Numbered from the stretch's first letter, positions 1 to 11,777 are shown. The stretch is 32,685 nucleotides of DNA from Octopus bimaculoides (GCF_001194135.2 NC_068991.1:79867908-79900592); one strand, 5' to 3'. The notes: generated by a model not told the origin, from the letters alone. Program-made: numbers and translations.

Positions 1-40
1 TATATATATATATATATATACACACAGATATATATGTATG
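1..40. repeat. (TA)n/CA microsatellite
   Basis: (TA)10 at 1-20 followed by CA/TA/TG-rich sequence. Confidence 0.95.
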
Positions 41-142
41 TATTTCTACGTGTTGAAACAGATATTGTTATACTTTCGGAAAGTGACCATTTGTCAGCAC
101 ACATACACACACATGTTATGCGCAATTGGTCGATATGTTGTT

Positions 143-295
143 GGGATCGTTAGAACGTCATGCAAAACATCTTGCTGTACTTACTATTTTTTACGTTCTG
201 AGGCGAAGTTCCAGCCATATACAACTTTGACTTTGACTGCAAAGCGTTAAATATATAAAGAACCGGTCAGTTACTTGGGGTCTGATAAATTACTC
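143..295 (+). mobile_element. Degraded tRNA-derived SINE (major family in window)
   Basis: GATCGTTAGAACGTC...TTTACGTTCTGAG...CAACTTTGACTTT...CCGGTCAGTTACTTGGGGTC lines up, with many substitutions, to the better copies at 19951-20158 and 2825-3025. Confidence 0.5.
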
Positions 296-380
296 TTCCA
301 GTATTTACACCTCAAGTTAAAAAAAAAAATTCTGCCTTTGTGATGAAGAATATAAAGGCAATACCTTGGGAGAAGCCTTT

Positions 381-562
381 GGTGTGGCAGAGACAATGCC
401 TTGTGTACTAGTTCTGATTATGTTCTAAAGTAAAAATCCAGGACAGGTTAACTTTGCTGGGTGGATAAAGTAGAATGTCAATCAAGAATTATAGTCGACT
501 TAATCAACTACTACCGAACCCACAAATTTCTGATCTCTTTTGTCAATATCAGAAATAATTAT
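381..562 (+). mobile_element. Degraded tRNA-derived SINE (major family)
   Basis: GACAATGCCTTG...ATGTTCTAAAGTAAAAATCC...GGTTAACTTTGC...GGATAAAGTA...GTCGACTTAATCAACT...CACAAATTTCTG...AGAAATAATTAT is colinear with the other copies. Confidence 0.6.
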
Positions 563-1700
563 ATAATCTATGATAGCCACTCCGACACCTTTGTTGCATT
601 ATAGACATTTGAAAATCAGTAATTTTGGGGTTAATCGATAAATTAATTGAAAATCAACATACATATGGAAATGCCAAATTTAAAATTGTACATCTGAAAA
701 TGCAATAAGCTTATATTCACCCATTTTTATTTCGGGGGTGCATAACCTGCTATAGAATAGTAGAACTAAACCACTCTCAACCAACTTAACCTGCACAGAC
801 AAAAAACAAAAAATATTATAAACCAAAACATAGGAAACATATTTCTTTTGTATTTTAGTGAAATAATACTAACAGACTTCCTTTTCTTCAATAGAATGAC
901 GAAGATTTGATCAATAGCAAGTAAAAAAGAAAAAAGTAGTAGCATTGTTTCGCACATTGCAGCAATCGAATTGGCTTCAAGCGATATCATTACCAAATTC
1001 ACAGCAGTCATCTCTGCTATTTTGTACGTCCGCAATGATAAAGAATTATGTAAATCTCTGCAAGACGTGCTTTAATTCTGTGTGATGATGGCGGTAATAG
1101 TAGAAGTGGAAATGGTGAGGAATGTAATTTACAATAGCGTTGTTCTTCGTTGAGTCGAGAAAAAGGCCGCTGGTTATTGAAGAGTTAAATTTAATTTAGA
1201 CACGATATAAAAGTTATCGCAAAAGGCATACAGTAATCGTCTTGAGATTCTCTATAAAACAAAAGACAGACGTTCACGTCGAAATATAGCATCACTTATG
1301 CTGGAGTGAATGCTAAACACAGATGACTGCCTGAATCATTATTAAATTCACGTATATATTGGCTCCGTCAGTGCCCTGCTGGTTGAATGCACCGTACTCT
1401 GGTCAACAAAGATAGTTGGTATCTTCTAAGAGTAACGAAGACATATTTAACGCATTTGCCTTTGTTTTTTTTGTTTTTTCGGCAGTGCACTTCATTAATA
1501 GACTAAAGTGTATTCTTTATCCAATTCTAATCAGCCAAGTCCACATCGGCCTCCATATGGACTAAGGCTAACATAACACAATGTGAATTGTTAAAATTAT
1601 TGACAAGGCTGCTGTAAAATAAACCTAAAATTCTAAATCTCGACAAATAATGCAAAACATTTTGTCCAACTCTATACAAAGCCACCTAATAATCATAAGT

Positions 1701-1772
1701 AACGACCCCGGAAGGATAAAAAGCCACAAAAAATGTAGGAAGGTAATTTGTTCGGTGCTCTAACGTTTTCCC
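1701..1772 (-). mobile_element. SINE fragment (major family), internally deleted
   Basis: GACCCCGGAAGGATAAAAAGC and TGCTCTAACG are reverse complements of SINE core and head motifs seen elsewhere in the window. Confidence 0.5.
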
Positions 1773-2094
1773 TGAATCTGATGGTTAGAGAAGATAATCC
1801 TACGAAGATTCTGTGTCTATATGTGTGTCTGTGTGTCTGTGTGTTTGTGTATGAGTGTGTGTAGCCATTTCCATGGCCTCTATTTTTAATCGAAGCAGGC
1901 AGTTACGAATGTCTCGTACTATTCGATCCTTTCATATGACATTTATAATGTCCACTCGTCTTTCATGTAACTTTTTGCTTAAGCCTGTGCGAAGTATTTG
2001 CTACTTTTTCGGTTTATCCACCCTCACCTGATGTTTCCCTTTTCTGTTTTTCTCTGTCTCCTTGAGAAATATGATCAACTCGTGTTTGGTTACA

Positions 2095-2205
2095 CACTCT
2101 CCCTTTCCCTCCCTGCTTCCATGCCTCCCTCTCTTTCTTCCACTCTCCTTTACTCTCTCCCTCTCTCTCTCTATCTCTCCCTCATTCGCTCTCATACTTT
2201 TTCCC
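2095..2205. repeat. CT-rich polypyrimidine / (CT)n low-complexity tract
   Basis: About 110 nt that are almost entirely C/T on the + strand. Confidence 0.85.
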
Positions 2206-2602
2206 GTTCAAATTCTTATTGTCAACAATTGTGATTGCAAATAACGTGAATATTTTCAAATTATTCGTCTAGGATATGTTATTGATGTTGATGCTGTTGG
2301 CCTTTTATTTTATTATTGATGCATTTAATGTTGTTACCTACACTGTTGTTGCTTTTGTTGCTGTTCTTTTCGCTTTTGCTTATGCTTTTCCTCGTTGTCA
2401 TTGTTGTTTCCGTTGTTGTTTTTGTTGTCATCCATTTAACTTGCTTTCCAAGTCGATTACGAGAATGATGTTAATTGTGTGGTTAACCTTGTCGCTAACG
2501 CTTTTATGTAACCTAACACCAAATAGTTTTAAACCAATGCAACGACTGTGAATTTTCAGAATCTGTGGAGTGACAGAATAATATATTAAATCCTAAAATA
2601 TC

Positions 2603-2743
2603 TAGATTCATCGCCCGGGTCGACTGTGCCTGTCATCATTTCAGGTTCGATAAAATAAGTACCAGTTAAACACTGGAGCTGATGTAATCCATTTACAGCC
2701 GCGAAACCGCTAGGCTTGTGCCAAAATTTGAAATTAGTATTAT
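2603..2743 (+). mobile_element. tRNA-derived SINE, 3' two-thirds
   Basis: GGGTCGACTGTGCCTGTCATC...TCGATAAAATAAGTACCAGTTAAACACTGGAGCTGATGTAATC...CTTGTGCCAAAATTTGAAATTAGTATT; same order of motifs as 19951-20158. Confidence 0.85.
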
Positions 2744-2824
2744 GACCAACCCGACGTCTTTGCTTCAAGATTTTCAGCTAGTAATGATCATCAAATTTAA
2801 TATAAGAACCAATTCGATTACATG

Positions 2825-3025
2825 ATATTGTTTAATCCTTTATACGAAAAGCACGATGGCACTACATTTTATGGAAAGGGGCTTAGTCGATTTGATCGAC
2901 CGCGGACCTCGAAAGGATGGAAGGCACAGTCGACCTCGGCAATATTTGAACTCATGACGTAAAGACAGAAGAAACGCCGCGAAGCATTTTCACTAGTGTG
3001 CTACCGATTCTGCCATTTCACCACC
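2825..3025 (-). mobile_element. tRNA-derived SINE with head and internal deletion
   Basis: Reverse strand reads GGTGGTGAAATGGCAGAATCGGTAGCAC (A-box-like)...GAGTTCAAAT (B-box-like) ...GCCGAGGTCGACTGTGCCTTCCATCCTTTCGAGGTC. Confidence 0.85.
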
Positions 3026-3261
3026 TTTAGTACCATTCTTAATAAAACCAAATGTGTCGCTTTGCCTGTGATATATTTACATCTTCAATAATTATTTCTG
3101 ATAATTTCAATCTTTTACTATTTTACCTTCTGAAAAAGTGAGTGTGGGTTCGTAACGTGTGCTCTGCCGTCGCTAATCGTTTCTGGGAAAGCAGGGTATG
3201 TGTCGCAGTGTGATCGTGATCAGGCATTCACACGATCTCGTCTCTTACATATTTGAAATTG

Positions 3262-3415
3262 GTGTTAGGGAAAAGGGATTAAACCAACGTCTGGTACTCA
3301 TTACATCTGAGTAAACTGAACCAATGGGAAAGCACATTCCTAGCTCAAGGACACAGTGTGCCGCCCTGACCAGAATCGAGCCCATGCATTTACGATCATG
3401 TGCCGAAGACCTTCT
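3262..3415 (-). mobile_element. Second SINE family, 5' tRNA-like head plus CORE-like segment
   Basis: Reverse strand: GGTCTTCGGCACATGATCGTAA...GGGCTCGATTC (B-box-like)...TGTGTCCTTGAGCTAG, resembling the GTGTCCTTGAGCAAG motif of CORE-type SINEs (recalled). Confidence 0.6.
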
Positions 3416-3726
3416 CAATTAGACGGCGCAACTTCATAACGTCAATTAGTTGAGAGAATTTACACCTTTTACTCGTAATGAGCACTCTGTGTTCCGGATG
3501 GAAACGAACTCATTTCCCTAAATGCCAAATGATTCAAAGTCAACTGGGAACTGGAAAAAAAAGAAAAGGACAGCAGGTCCAGAAACGGACGCCTTTGAGA
3601 TGCTAATTCAGCAGAAAATGTAGTAGAAATAACTCTAAAGACCTGTTCTTCAACGAACAATTTGGGCAAACGAACTTATAAGAGTATTAATAAAGAAATC
3701 TCTGAGTCTCTGATAGGCTAAATTCT

Positions 3727-3755
3727 TCCAGCGGGACTTGAACTCAGAACCTTAA
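3727..3755 (-). mobile_element. SINE B-box fragment
   Basis: CAGCGGGACTTGAACTCAGAAC is the reverse complement of GTTCTGAGTTCAAGTCCCGCTG, matching the GAGTTCAAATTCC segment of the major SINE. Confidence 0.4.
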
Positions 3756-6394
3756 AGGAATGGACAATCTATGTGTAACAAATTTGAATGGATACCTTTT
3801 ACAAGAAAAAACCATAAACAAGAACTGAATGAGATTAAATTTCATTACACATACTCCTCTAACAGGGAGATCAATTCTGCAATATGTCACTGAATATCTG
3901 AAGCAAGCTACCCTACTTCACTCTTATTGTATTCAAATGTGATTTGCTGCTGATATTTAAGTATCCTTCATGATGTTAACGATTCGAAAGTCATCTCGTT
4001 GCACCTCATTTTTCTTTCATCTTCAAAGAAACTATTTTTTTTCCGAACTGTCTACTATTAAAATGATTGAGAAAACGAATATGTCAATTTCATGATAATT
4101 TCTCTTGGGAAATCTTTTCTTAAGCAATAGATAGAAATGGAATACGAACATAAACATCTATCGACATAATAACTTGCGTACCATCTATTATATATGACGG
4201 AGAAATAGCCTATAAAACTAAATATCATGTTGCTAACAACATGAACATTTCTGAAAAGATCTTTTCTCGGCTATTTAGTAATTCATTTATTTTATTTATA
4301 GTAAATTGTGGACCTCTTTCAGGCAAATCGGATGTTCACTACATTTTTAATTGCACGAATGACAAAGGCGTGTTTAACTTTTAGAATAATTATTGTAACA
4401 GCTTTCGTTCACAATATCTTGGGATGGTCAGCTGTCCTCCCTCCACCGTATAGCTATATATGCTATCATACGCATCCTGATATACATGTTGGGGTGTCGT
4501 TAAGTTTCTATATTAGACATTTTGTGCATAAGCCATTGCCCATGTCGTCGCACAGTAAGATTGTACCCGACACCGAATAGATCCGAAACGACAATCAGAA
4601 TTCGTCCACAATGAGTTTAAAGTTGATTGATCACTGTCGTTGCGCATGTATAAAGGCCTTGGCATCCTGCGTCTGTGGCCAGGTTTGGATCTTGTACTGA
4701 ACATTATTTACCTTCACTTGCTTTATAAATATATATGAGAGAATATAATCATTGTGCTCTCCCATATCTCTGCCATTCTAGAGGAGGAATATAAGGGTCA
4801 TATAACGATGTGCATATCATTCATAATGCACACATACACACACACACACACAGACGTGGAACGGCCCTGGTTGTAATATTTTGTCTCAGACAAGCATCTT
4901 AAAGAGACCAGTGTCTTACACAGCTTGCTCAGAATGTCGGCGGTGGATCGGTGGATCGCCTGTGTTTTGGTTGTCTTCAGTGACAAACACGCCTAAACAT
5001 TCGTAACTAAGACGACATAAATTTGTTGACAATATAGAAATCGGCATAAAACAAGACATTCACTGATTTGTGCGAAAATTGGCTCGGCTACCCAAAATGA
5101 TTATAGACGTTTGAATTAACATTTGACGAAAATAATGCACAGTGATATCCTGTCTGAGAAGCATTTATCCAAGACACTGGAGTTTTAAAAGTTGCATGGC
5201 TCGCAGAGAGCGTCGACGATTTGCCAGATACGTTCTTTCGACTTTATTTGGTCTCCGCTGTGACGATCCAGTGGTCATTCCAAACCTAGGTGAAACTATC
5301 TGTTCCGATATAGAAATCGAAAACTAAAGCTATGTTAGTGATTTCTTTGATTTCGATGTACACTAGCAACAAGTTGTAATATATTGAGACAAAAAGCAGA
5401 CCTTCATATATCTTGTGCTTTTAGTTTCCCATTGGCTATAATATTGCCGACCTCTAACCAAGTATATTTCAACCGTTTATAAATCCACTAAGGTACTTAT
5501 TCAAGTCCAATAATCTCGTCTCAATTAAAGGATTTATCATAATGAAGTCATAATCTCAAGTTTATCTCCAGGAAGAATCCTTACTTGGATGAATTACTGA
5601 AATCCTTCTATCAATTTTGTAACCATGCCAAATGACATTCACGTAACCATCAGTTTGAAGCGTGTGATGTAAAATGTAAGACACGTAAACCATGCTATAA
5701 TAATAGGAATGTATCGTCATCATAAACTCACTCCGTTTCTATGAGTTTACGGCAATCCTGACGACATTATTCAATTTATCATTTACTTTAAAGACGATGC
5801 GATATAATCTGGTGCTGACTGGCTTTTTCTAGCAGATAGCTTGAAATCCTTAAATTACTTATAATTAGCTATGGAAGACAAGAGGAAAAGTATTAATGTT
5901 ATACATTACCTTTGTCGTTCCGTAGCACACATTCTTCAGTGTGTTCCTATACACTTTCCAAATTACGTATACGCTGCTTCCAACGAAAATAACATAAAAG
6001 TGAGCATATTAACTGACATTGGACCTTTCTATGTCCACATGTTAGTAGAGTAGTTATTCCTCTATACAAAGAAAGTATCAATAAAGACTCCATCACAAAC
6101 GAGGCATTTGCGAGTCATCGTTAAACACATTTCTCGAATCGTATTTGAAAAAAATCCAGGTGTGGACTGATGTACCCACTTATTCACCGCCACTTTCCTT
6201 TCGTCTGTCATAAGTTGTCCCCGAAGACAAACCTTCACTGAATAGAAAAGTGTCTATGATATATATATATATGCAAACTTAGCTTGAAATATACCAAAGA
6301 ATCTATTTTGGAGGACGACCTATTATTACAGTTCCACCGTGCAAATAGCCACTCAACATTTTACTGTCAAATTGTATTTGAAATAAACATACAT

Positions 6395-6596
6395 CATCGG
6401 TTCTCGACCGGGTTTCCTATGGCACTTCAGGGCCCATAGAAGATTTTACAATACACAAAACATTTCACCAATTTGTATACAATTCCTATGAATATTTAAT
6501 TATAAAATTTTAATACAATTTTTCTTTTTTTTCCACGCGAGTAAAATACGAGTCGAAGGAATTAGTAGGTAAAAACAAATGGTTGAAAAAACATTG
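6395..6596. mobile_element. Probable hAT-type MITE (about 200 bp, degenerate TIRs)
   Basis: Left end CATCGGTTCTCGACC (6395-6409) and right end GGTTGAAAAAACATTG (6581-6596) both resemble the CAGTGGTTCTCAACC TIR of Charlie/hAT MITEs; AT-rich interior. No 8-bp TSD is visible. Confidence 0.5.
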
Positions 6597-6795
6597 CTTC
6601 AAACTGAATCAAGCGGAGTGTTTTGTAAATTTCAAATATTTTCGGTTGTTACTTTTGTTAGATAAGTTACTGTCATGCCAGACATGCTTGTAGTGTTTAT
6701 TAATTCATTTAAGGCATGGATAAAAGTTTTAAGTATACCTCATAATAAACTTCACTTTCATACGCATATACACACTAACGTAAACATACACACGC

Positions 6796-6797
<2 letters not shown>

Positions 6798-6830
<33 letters not shown>
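6798..6830. repeat. (TA)n microsatellite
   Basis: Direct reading. Confidence 0.95.
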
Positions 6831-6831
<1 letters not shown>

Positions 6832-7534
6832 TGTATGCACCGAAGGTTACGAATACTTTAGCTACGACAACTCTACTGATGCAACATGCAATTATTCACA
6901 AATTCAGCGTCTCCGCTGTTTACTTTAAGCAGCCGAATCGTACACAATCAATAATTCATGTACTTCAAGACTGCTGCAAGGATGAACATCTTGTAAATTC
7001 TAACAGATTTATGTGAGCCATAACACTGCTTTGATCATTCCCTATTCCTCTTTAGTATTTTCCCAATTTTTCATTTCACTACGCCACACCATGTTACAGG
7101 AATTGGCTCTATTCTTTTCAATAAAACCTTCAGGATGTTATCTCTTGTTTGTTTAGATAATGTATTCGCGTTGTCATTGAATGTGATTGCAATATAATAA
7201 TAAACAAAGTCTGTTATGCTGTATCCTGTGCTTTTGTGAGCATTTGGTTTTAAAAATTGCAAGAAGACTTCTTTGTGTAACGTTTGATTCGCTCCACGAT
7301 TTTCTATGAAACACTAAATCAAAGTGAAGACTACAGATCGTTGTTTTTATTTGGGGATACCAAAGATATTGTATTCCAATAATATCTCATTGCATCTCAT
7401 AGTTACTAGTTTATGCAAACATCTAGACGCAGTAGTGCCGGTTTAATTACATTCCATTAAATTTCATATTAATGTCTATTCCAAACACCGGACTAATTAC
7501 GAATATATGTTAACAAAATGAGAACAGTGAAAAA

Positions 7535-7537
<3 letters not shown>

Positions 7538-7566
<29 letters not shown>
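7538..7566. repeat. (TA)n microsatellite
   Basis: Direct reading. Confidence 0.95.
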
Positions 7567-7569
<3 letters not shown>

Positions 7570-7704
7570 AATCGTATAGTATACACCTAGTAGTTTGCTG
7601 GAAGTGGACGTTAACGGACTGTGTTAGTTAGGTGTGTACGTAATGAGAGGCAGAGAAGATGAAACATATGAGAATCTCTTCTGATCACTACACCGAGGGA
7701 TTCA

Positions 7705-7833
7705 CATATATATACACACACACACATACACACACATATATACACACACATATGCACACACACATGTATAGATAAATATTTATATACATATATAAACAGA
7801 GGTATATTATAAATATATATTAAATCGATATGT

Positions 7834-7875
<42 letters not shown>
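7705..7875. repeat. Compound (CA)n/(TA)n low-complexity region
   Basis: Interrupted CA and TA runs. Confidence 0.85.
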
Positions 7876-8514
7876 AAATTATATTTACATCAATATATGC
7901 ATGTGTTTCTGGCGGGGTGTAAAACAAGAAAAATGAGAAAGCAAATCAATAGAAACTTAGATGTATTTTTACAATTTTTTAAATATCTATATTTATAAAA
8001 ACATTGCGTTGCATTTTCTTTCTGTTTTATTTTTCTTTTTGTTGCAAATTTCCGGTGGCTTGCGTTGATTTATGTATCTCTATATAAGTTGACACTCTAT
8101 AGGTGTCATAAAAAAAATATATCCTATTGATCAACAAACTACTTCAAGGATTTTTTCAGTTTTTGCTGGGATTATTTTAGCTTAATTCTCTCGCAAAAGT
8201 AACATTTCAATGAGACGGTATCGATAAATATATTCAGAGTTATATACCATTCCACTCGATTTGAATAGAATAAATGAATGTAAATTTAGGCAATTTAGAA
8301 TCGGGATTCATTATTCAAGCAGCAGGCATTGAAATTCCAACCGCGATAAAATGCTGTCTTGTACGAAATATATAGCGTGTTTTATGTCACTACAATAACC
8401 ATAAAGTTTCGTTTCTTGATTTATTTATCACCCTGCTGAAAGACATAACGCTATCTCAATATTTCACTTCAATGGAAAACCACACGTTAACATATCCAAT
8501 TTATATACGGTTAT

Positions 8515-8552
8515 GTATATACGTATATATACATATACATACATATATATGC

Positions 8553-8596
<44 letters not shown>

Positions 8597-9207
8597 NNNN
8601 NNNNNNNNNNNNNNNNNNNNNNNNNNNNNNNNNNNNNNNNNNNNNNNNNNNNNNNNNNNNNNNNNNNNNNNNNNNNNNNNNNNNNNNNNNNNNNNNNNNN
8701 NNNNNNNNNNNNNNNNNNNNNNNNNNNNNNNNNNNNNNNNNNNNNNNNNNNNNNNNNNNNNNNNNNNNNNNNNNNNNNNNNNNNNNNNNNNNNNNNNNNN
8801 NNNNNNNNNNNNNNNNNNNNNNNNNNNNNNNNNNNNNNNNNNNNNNNNNNNNNNNNNNNNNNNNNNNNNNNNNNNNNNNNNNNNNNNNNNNNNNNNNNNN
8901 NNNNNNNNNNNNNNNNNNNNNNNNNNNNNNNNNNNNNNNNNNNNNNNNNNNNNNNNNNNNNNNNNNNNNNNNNNNNNNNNNNNNNNNNNNNNNNNNNNNN
9001 NNNNNNNNNNNNNNNNNNNNNNNNNNNNNNNNNNNNNNNNNNNNNNNNNNNNNNNNNNNNNNNNNNNNNNNNNNNNNNNNNNNNNNNNNNNNNNNNNNNN
9101 NNNNNNNNNNNNNNNNNNNNNNNNNNNNNNNNNNNNNNNNNNNNNNNNNNNNNNNNNNNNNNNNNNNNNNNNNNNNNNNNNNNNNNNNNNNNNNNNNNNN
9201 NNNNNNN

Positions 9208-9266
<59 letters not shown>
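8515..9266. other. 611-N assembly gap (8597-9207) flanked by (GT)n and (GA)n microsatellites
   Basis: N run seen directly; the contigs break in dinucleotide repeats. Confidence 0.98.
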
Positions 9267-9269
<3 letters not shown>

Positions 9270-9850
9270 ATAATTATGTAGCAATTTGTTCATACAAATG
9301 CGAGAAAAAGTGATCGTTTTTGTATGTTAATGTGCAATATATGTCTGGACAAACATTAATAGAGATATTAGCTTTGAGATGCTGAGTGGTGAATGGTTAG
9401 TTTTAATTTTAATATGTAATATAATTTTCGTATAAACATTATTTCAGACGAATTGCATTAATGATATTTATAATTATACATTATGGTTACTCTTTTGTAA
9501 ACACCGCAAGTCTGCGAATTCAGTGTGCCCAACCAATGTCTTTGATTTTGCATAAGGGTTGCATTAAAACCCGATTGCTCGACAGTTGCAACGTAGACTA
9601 ATGAGAAATTATCAACATTATCAAATAGCTGGAGCAATTATTCGGTGAAATCAATGACGAGAAATTTTGTCTGCTCATGATATCCGGATTTCAATGAATC
9701 TCGGAAATACGAAAAGAACAATCTTTGGTTTGTTGAAATGTAAAATTAGTTTTATTAGCAGGGATCTCCTCTATTTACAAGATCCACTTAATTTCTTTAT
9801 CATTAATAGTAAATGGACTTCGCTGAAGTCGCATTTTTTCGAGAATAAAA

Positions 9851-9891
9851 TTATTATTATCATTATTATTATTATTATTATTATTATTGTA

Positions 9892-9921
<30 letters not shown>
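9851..9921. repeat. (ATT)n microsatellite
   Basis: Direct reading; source of the poly-Ile ORF at 9667-10188. Confidence 0.95.
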
Positions 9922-9922
<1 letters not shown>

Positions 9923-10223
9923 CGATATTAAGCGTATATTATTTGTATGCGATGTGTAGGTTAAAATCAACTGTCATTATTTTAGTTTTAGTACCTAACC
10001 TTCTGAACATTTTTCTATTTTTCTTGCTGAGTTTTCACAGACACAGGAATACATTAAAACATTTACGTATGCATAAACAAAAATACAAAAGCACACACCA
10101 ATACATAAACATACATACACACACAAACACACACACACAAATACAGACTCGCACTCAAATGCGCATACACATACATATACACACATAAAATACACTTGAA
10201 CTCATACATAAGAATCTTTCCAC

Positions 10224-10354
10224 AATAATCTTTTCTATTCTAGGCACAAGGCCCGAAATTTTGGGTGGAGGGGGCCAGTTAATATGAACGACCTCAGTAC
10301 GCAACTGGTACTTAATTTATCGACCCCGAAAGATGAAAGGTAAAGTCGACCTCG
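10224..10354 (-). mobile_element. tRNA-derived SINE, 3' half (head missing)
   Basis: TAGGCACAAGGCCCGAAATTTT...CAACTGGTACTTAATTTATCGACCCCGAAAGATGAAAGGTAAAGTCGACCTCG is a clear reverse complement of the major SINE body. Confidence 0.9.
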
Positions 10355-10379
10355 ACTGAGTCTAACTAACCACAATAAT

Positions 10380-10730
10380 CACATAGTCATGACGACCCGT
10401 CTGATAAATGCACACAAGGCACCTGCATCACAACCATCATGTTTCCAAAGGTGAATTATCCAAATCCTCAAAGAATTCCTCTCAATACATGGCTATGATA
10501 CTCCTCCACTACTTCTGCTCGTGATCAGAGATGCACATGTCATCAGTCACGAAATGATGTGCTCAGCTGGTTAAGGTCAAACAACTGACAAGCAAATCTG
10601 TGGTATTGAGCAGAATATTTGCTGTAGCCCATCTTTTATACCAAGACAAATCAAAGTACATGATAATACTTCCAATCAATTAAGATCAGAAGCCATGGGA
10701 ACCAGTGTCTGGTATTGCATTTATTATTAT
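10380..10730 (+). mobile_element. Probable high-copy interspersed repeat (unclassified; ends in ATT tail)
   Basis: Sequence ...AAGAATTCC...GTGATCAGAGATGCAC...GTGGTATTGAGCAGAATATTTGCTGTAGCCCATCTTTTATACCAAGAC... matches my recollection of an abundant octopus repeat and ends in TTATTATTAT. There is no second copy in this window to confirm it. Confidence 0.4.
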
Positions 10731-10732
10731 CT

Positions 10733-10967
10733 AAGGCAGCAAGCGGGGAAAAATCAGTAGCCCACTGGAGAACATGGTCACTGTCATTTCTTCCAGTTTC
10801 GAGTTCAAATTCCAGCGAGGTTGACTTTGACTTTTGTTCTTTCGGGGGCCAATAGAATCAGTACGGGTTGAGTACTGGGGCCATTGTAATCGAGAACCCC
10901 TTTGCGCAAAATTTCGAGCTTTGTGCCTAAAGAGGGAAAAGTATTATTATCAGCATTATTATTATTT
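10733..10967 (+). mobile_element. tRNA-derived SINE, near full length, diverged
   Basis: AAGGCAGCAAGC head, GAGTTCAAATTCC B-box-like motif, GGTTGACTTTG, GAGTACTGGGG, TTTGTGCCTAAAG, then an (ATT)n-like tail. Confidence 0.8.
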
Positions 10968-11220
10968 CGTATATTTGTCACACAAGATGTTTGGGTAAAA
11001 AATTATTCCTCATAAAATGTTTCTCTTGCAACTTGTCAGACAATCATTTGTGAAAACCGACTTGCGTAGACATTTTGGACATATTAACAACTGTGTGATT
11101 TTCAACAATCATCCGACGATCGCCGCCGAGGAAACGTAATGATTTGCGAACTATCTGTCCCCAGTAGAATTTAAACTTAAATATACGCACGTTCTCACAC
11201 ACGCGTTTATACAAAGCTTA

Positions 11221-11723
11221 AATGAAGCTCTTGTGAGGATGTCGATTAGTCTCCCTTTCAGCAACGGTGCAAATGTATGAGTCTAGGCGATTGATATCTG
11301 CCGAATTTGAAAGACACAATCTTTGTGTAATACGTTCATAAAAGTTGATGACATCCATTTCTGAGTTACGTGGTATTTTCTTAGGAGCTGGGCCCTGTTC
11401 AATAATGTGTAGCCTTTTACTGAGTATTTAATCTATCCAGGGCTTAACCACTATCTATAACACCTCAACGTATACAGCAGCATTACTTCTAAGACCTTGT
11501 GGAAAGGTGTAAGCTGGCGTGACACGATTCATCATTCCTAACATTCATCGGAGTTTAGTGTGTATCACTCTAGAGAGATTAGAAGAACCAGCAAATAATC
11601 ATCGGTTATTTCTTCTATTAAACTTAAGCGAAGATTTCTCTTCAGAGAAGAACCAAAGCATGCTATGCTCAGGAGAATTTTATCATTAAATAACCGCTTG
11701 ATACTGATCAAACCGTTTTCTTG
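11221..11723 (-). mobile_element. Tc1/mariner-superfamily transposase fossil, maT/DD37D-like
   Basis: Minus-strand translation: QENGLISIKRL / PEHSMLWFFSEEK..KFNRRNNR*L..VIHTKLR*MLGMM..VTPAYTFPQGLRSNAAVYVEVL*IVVKPWID*..HIIEQGPAP..NFYERITQRLCLSNSADINRLDSYICTVAERETNRHPHK. This is colinear with the maT pattern FFSDEK / FQQDSAP / WPPNSPDLNPLD. In-frame stops are present. Confidence 0.9.
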
Positions 11724-11774
11724 TATTATTACAGCCATGAATTGATCTCGCCTAACAACGTACGGATCGTATCA

Positions 11775-11777
<3 letters not shown>

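Noticed and set aside
3469-3720. Protein-looking ORFs on both strands
   Set aside because: No recognisable motif, stops in the + frames, and no convincing splice pair.
4308-4580. LGWSAVLPPPYS resembles mariner LGWEVLPHPPYSPD
   Set aside because: An isolated motif; no HDNA upstream or SPDLAPSD downstream at the right spacing.
5613-5660. Minus-strand LQTDGYVNVIWHGYKI resembles the nicotinic receptor TTNxWxxxxWxDYKL segment (of interest given octopus chemotactile receptors)
   Set aside because: The following conserved W is absent, there is no RPV upstream or WxPD/Cys-loop downstream in any frame, and stops flank it. Treated as chance; an HMM search with Neur_chan_LBD would settle it.
7071-7313. 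80-codon open minus-strand frame with a possible CATAG acceptor
   Set aside because: A rough estimate at this AT content predicts several such frames by chance in the window, and no family is recognised.
8472-9313. Long 238-269 aa ORFs in the ORF track
   Set aside because: They span the 611-N gap and flanking dinucleotide repeats, so they are artefacts.
9851-10010. Possible further Dong-like 3' end attached to (ATT)n (minus strand VQK..LGT)
   Set aside because: Similarity is too short and needs frameshifts.
9667-10188. 173-aa ORF with poly-Ile, and similar poly-I/L/N, CV or HT ORFs at 18026-18240, 20420-20955, 21973-22251, 23253-23480 and 23777-24016
   Set aside because: These are translations of stop-free microsatellites, or antisense readings of the LINE fragments.
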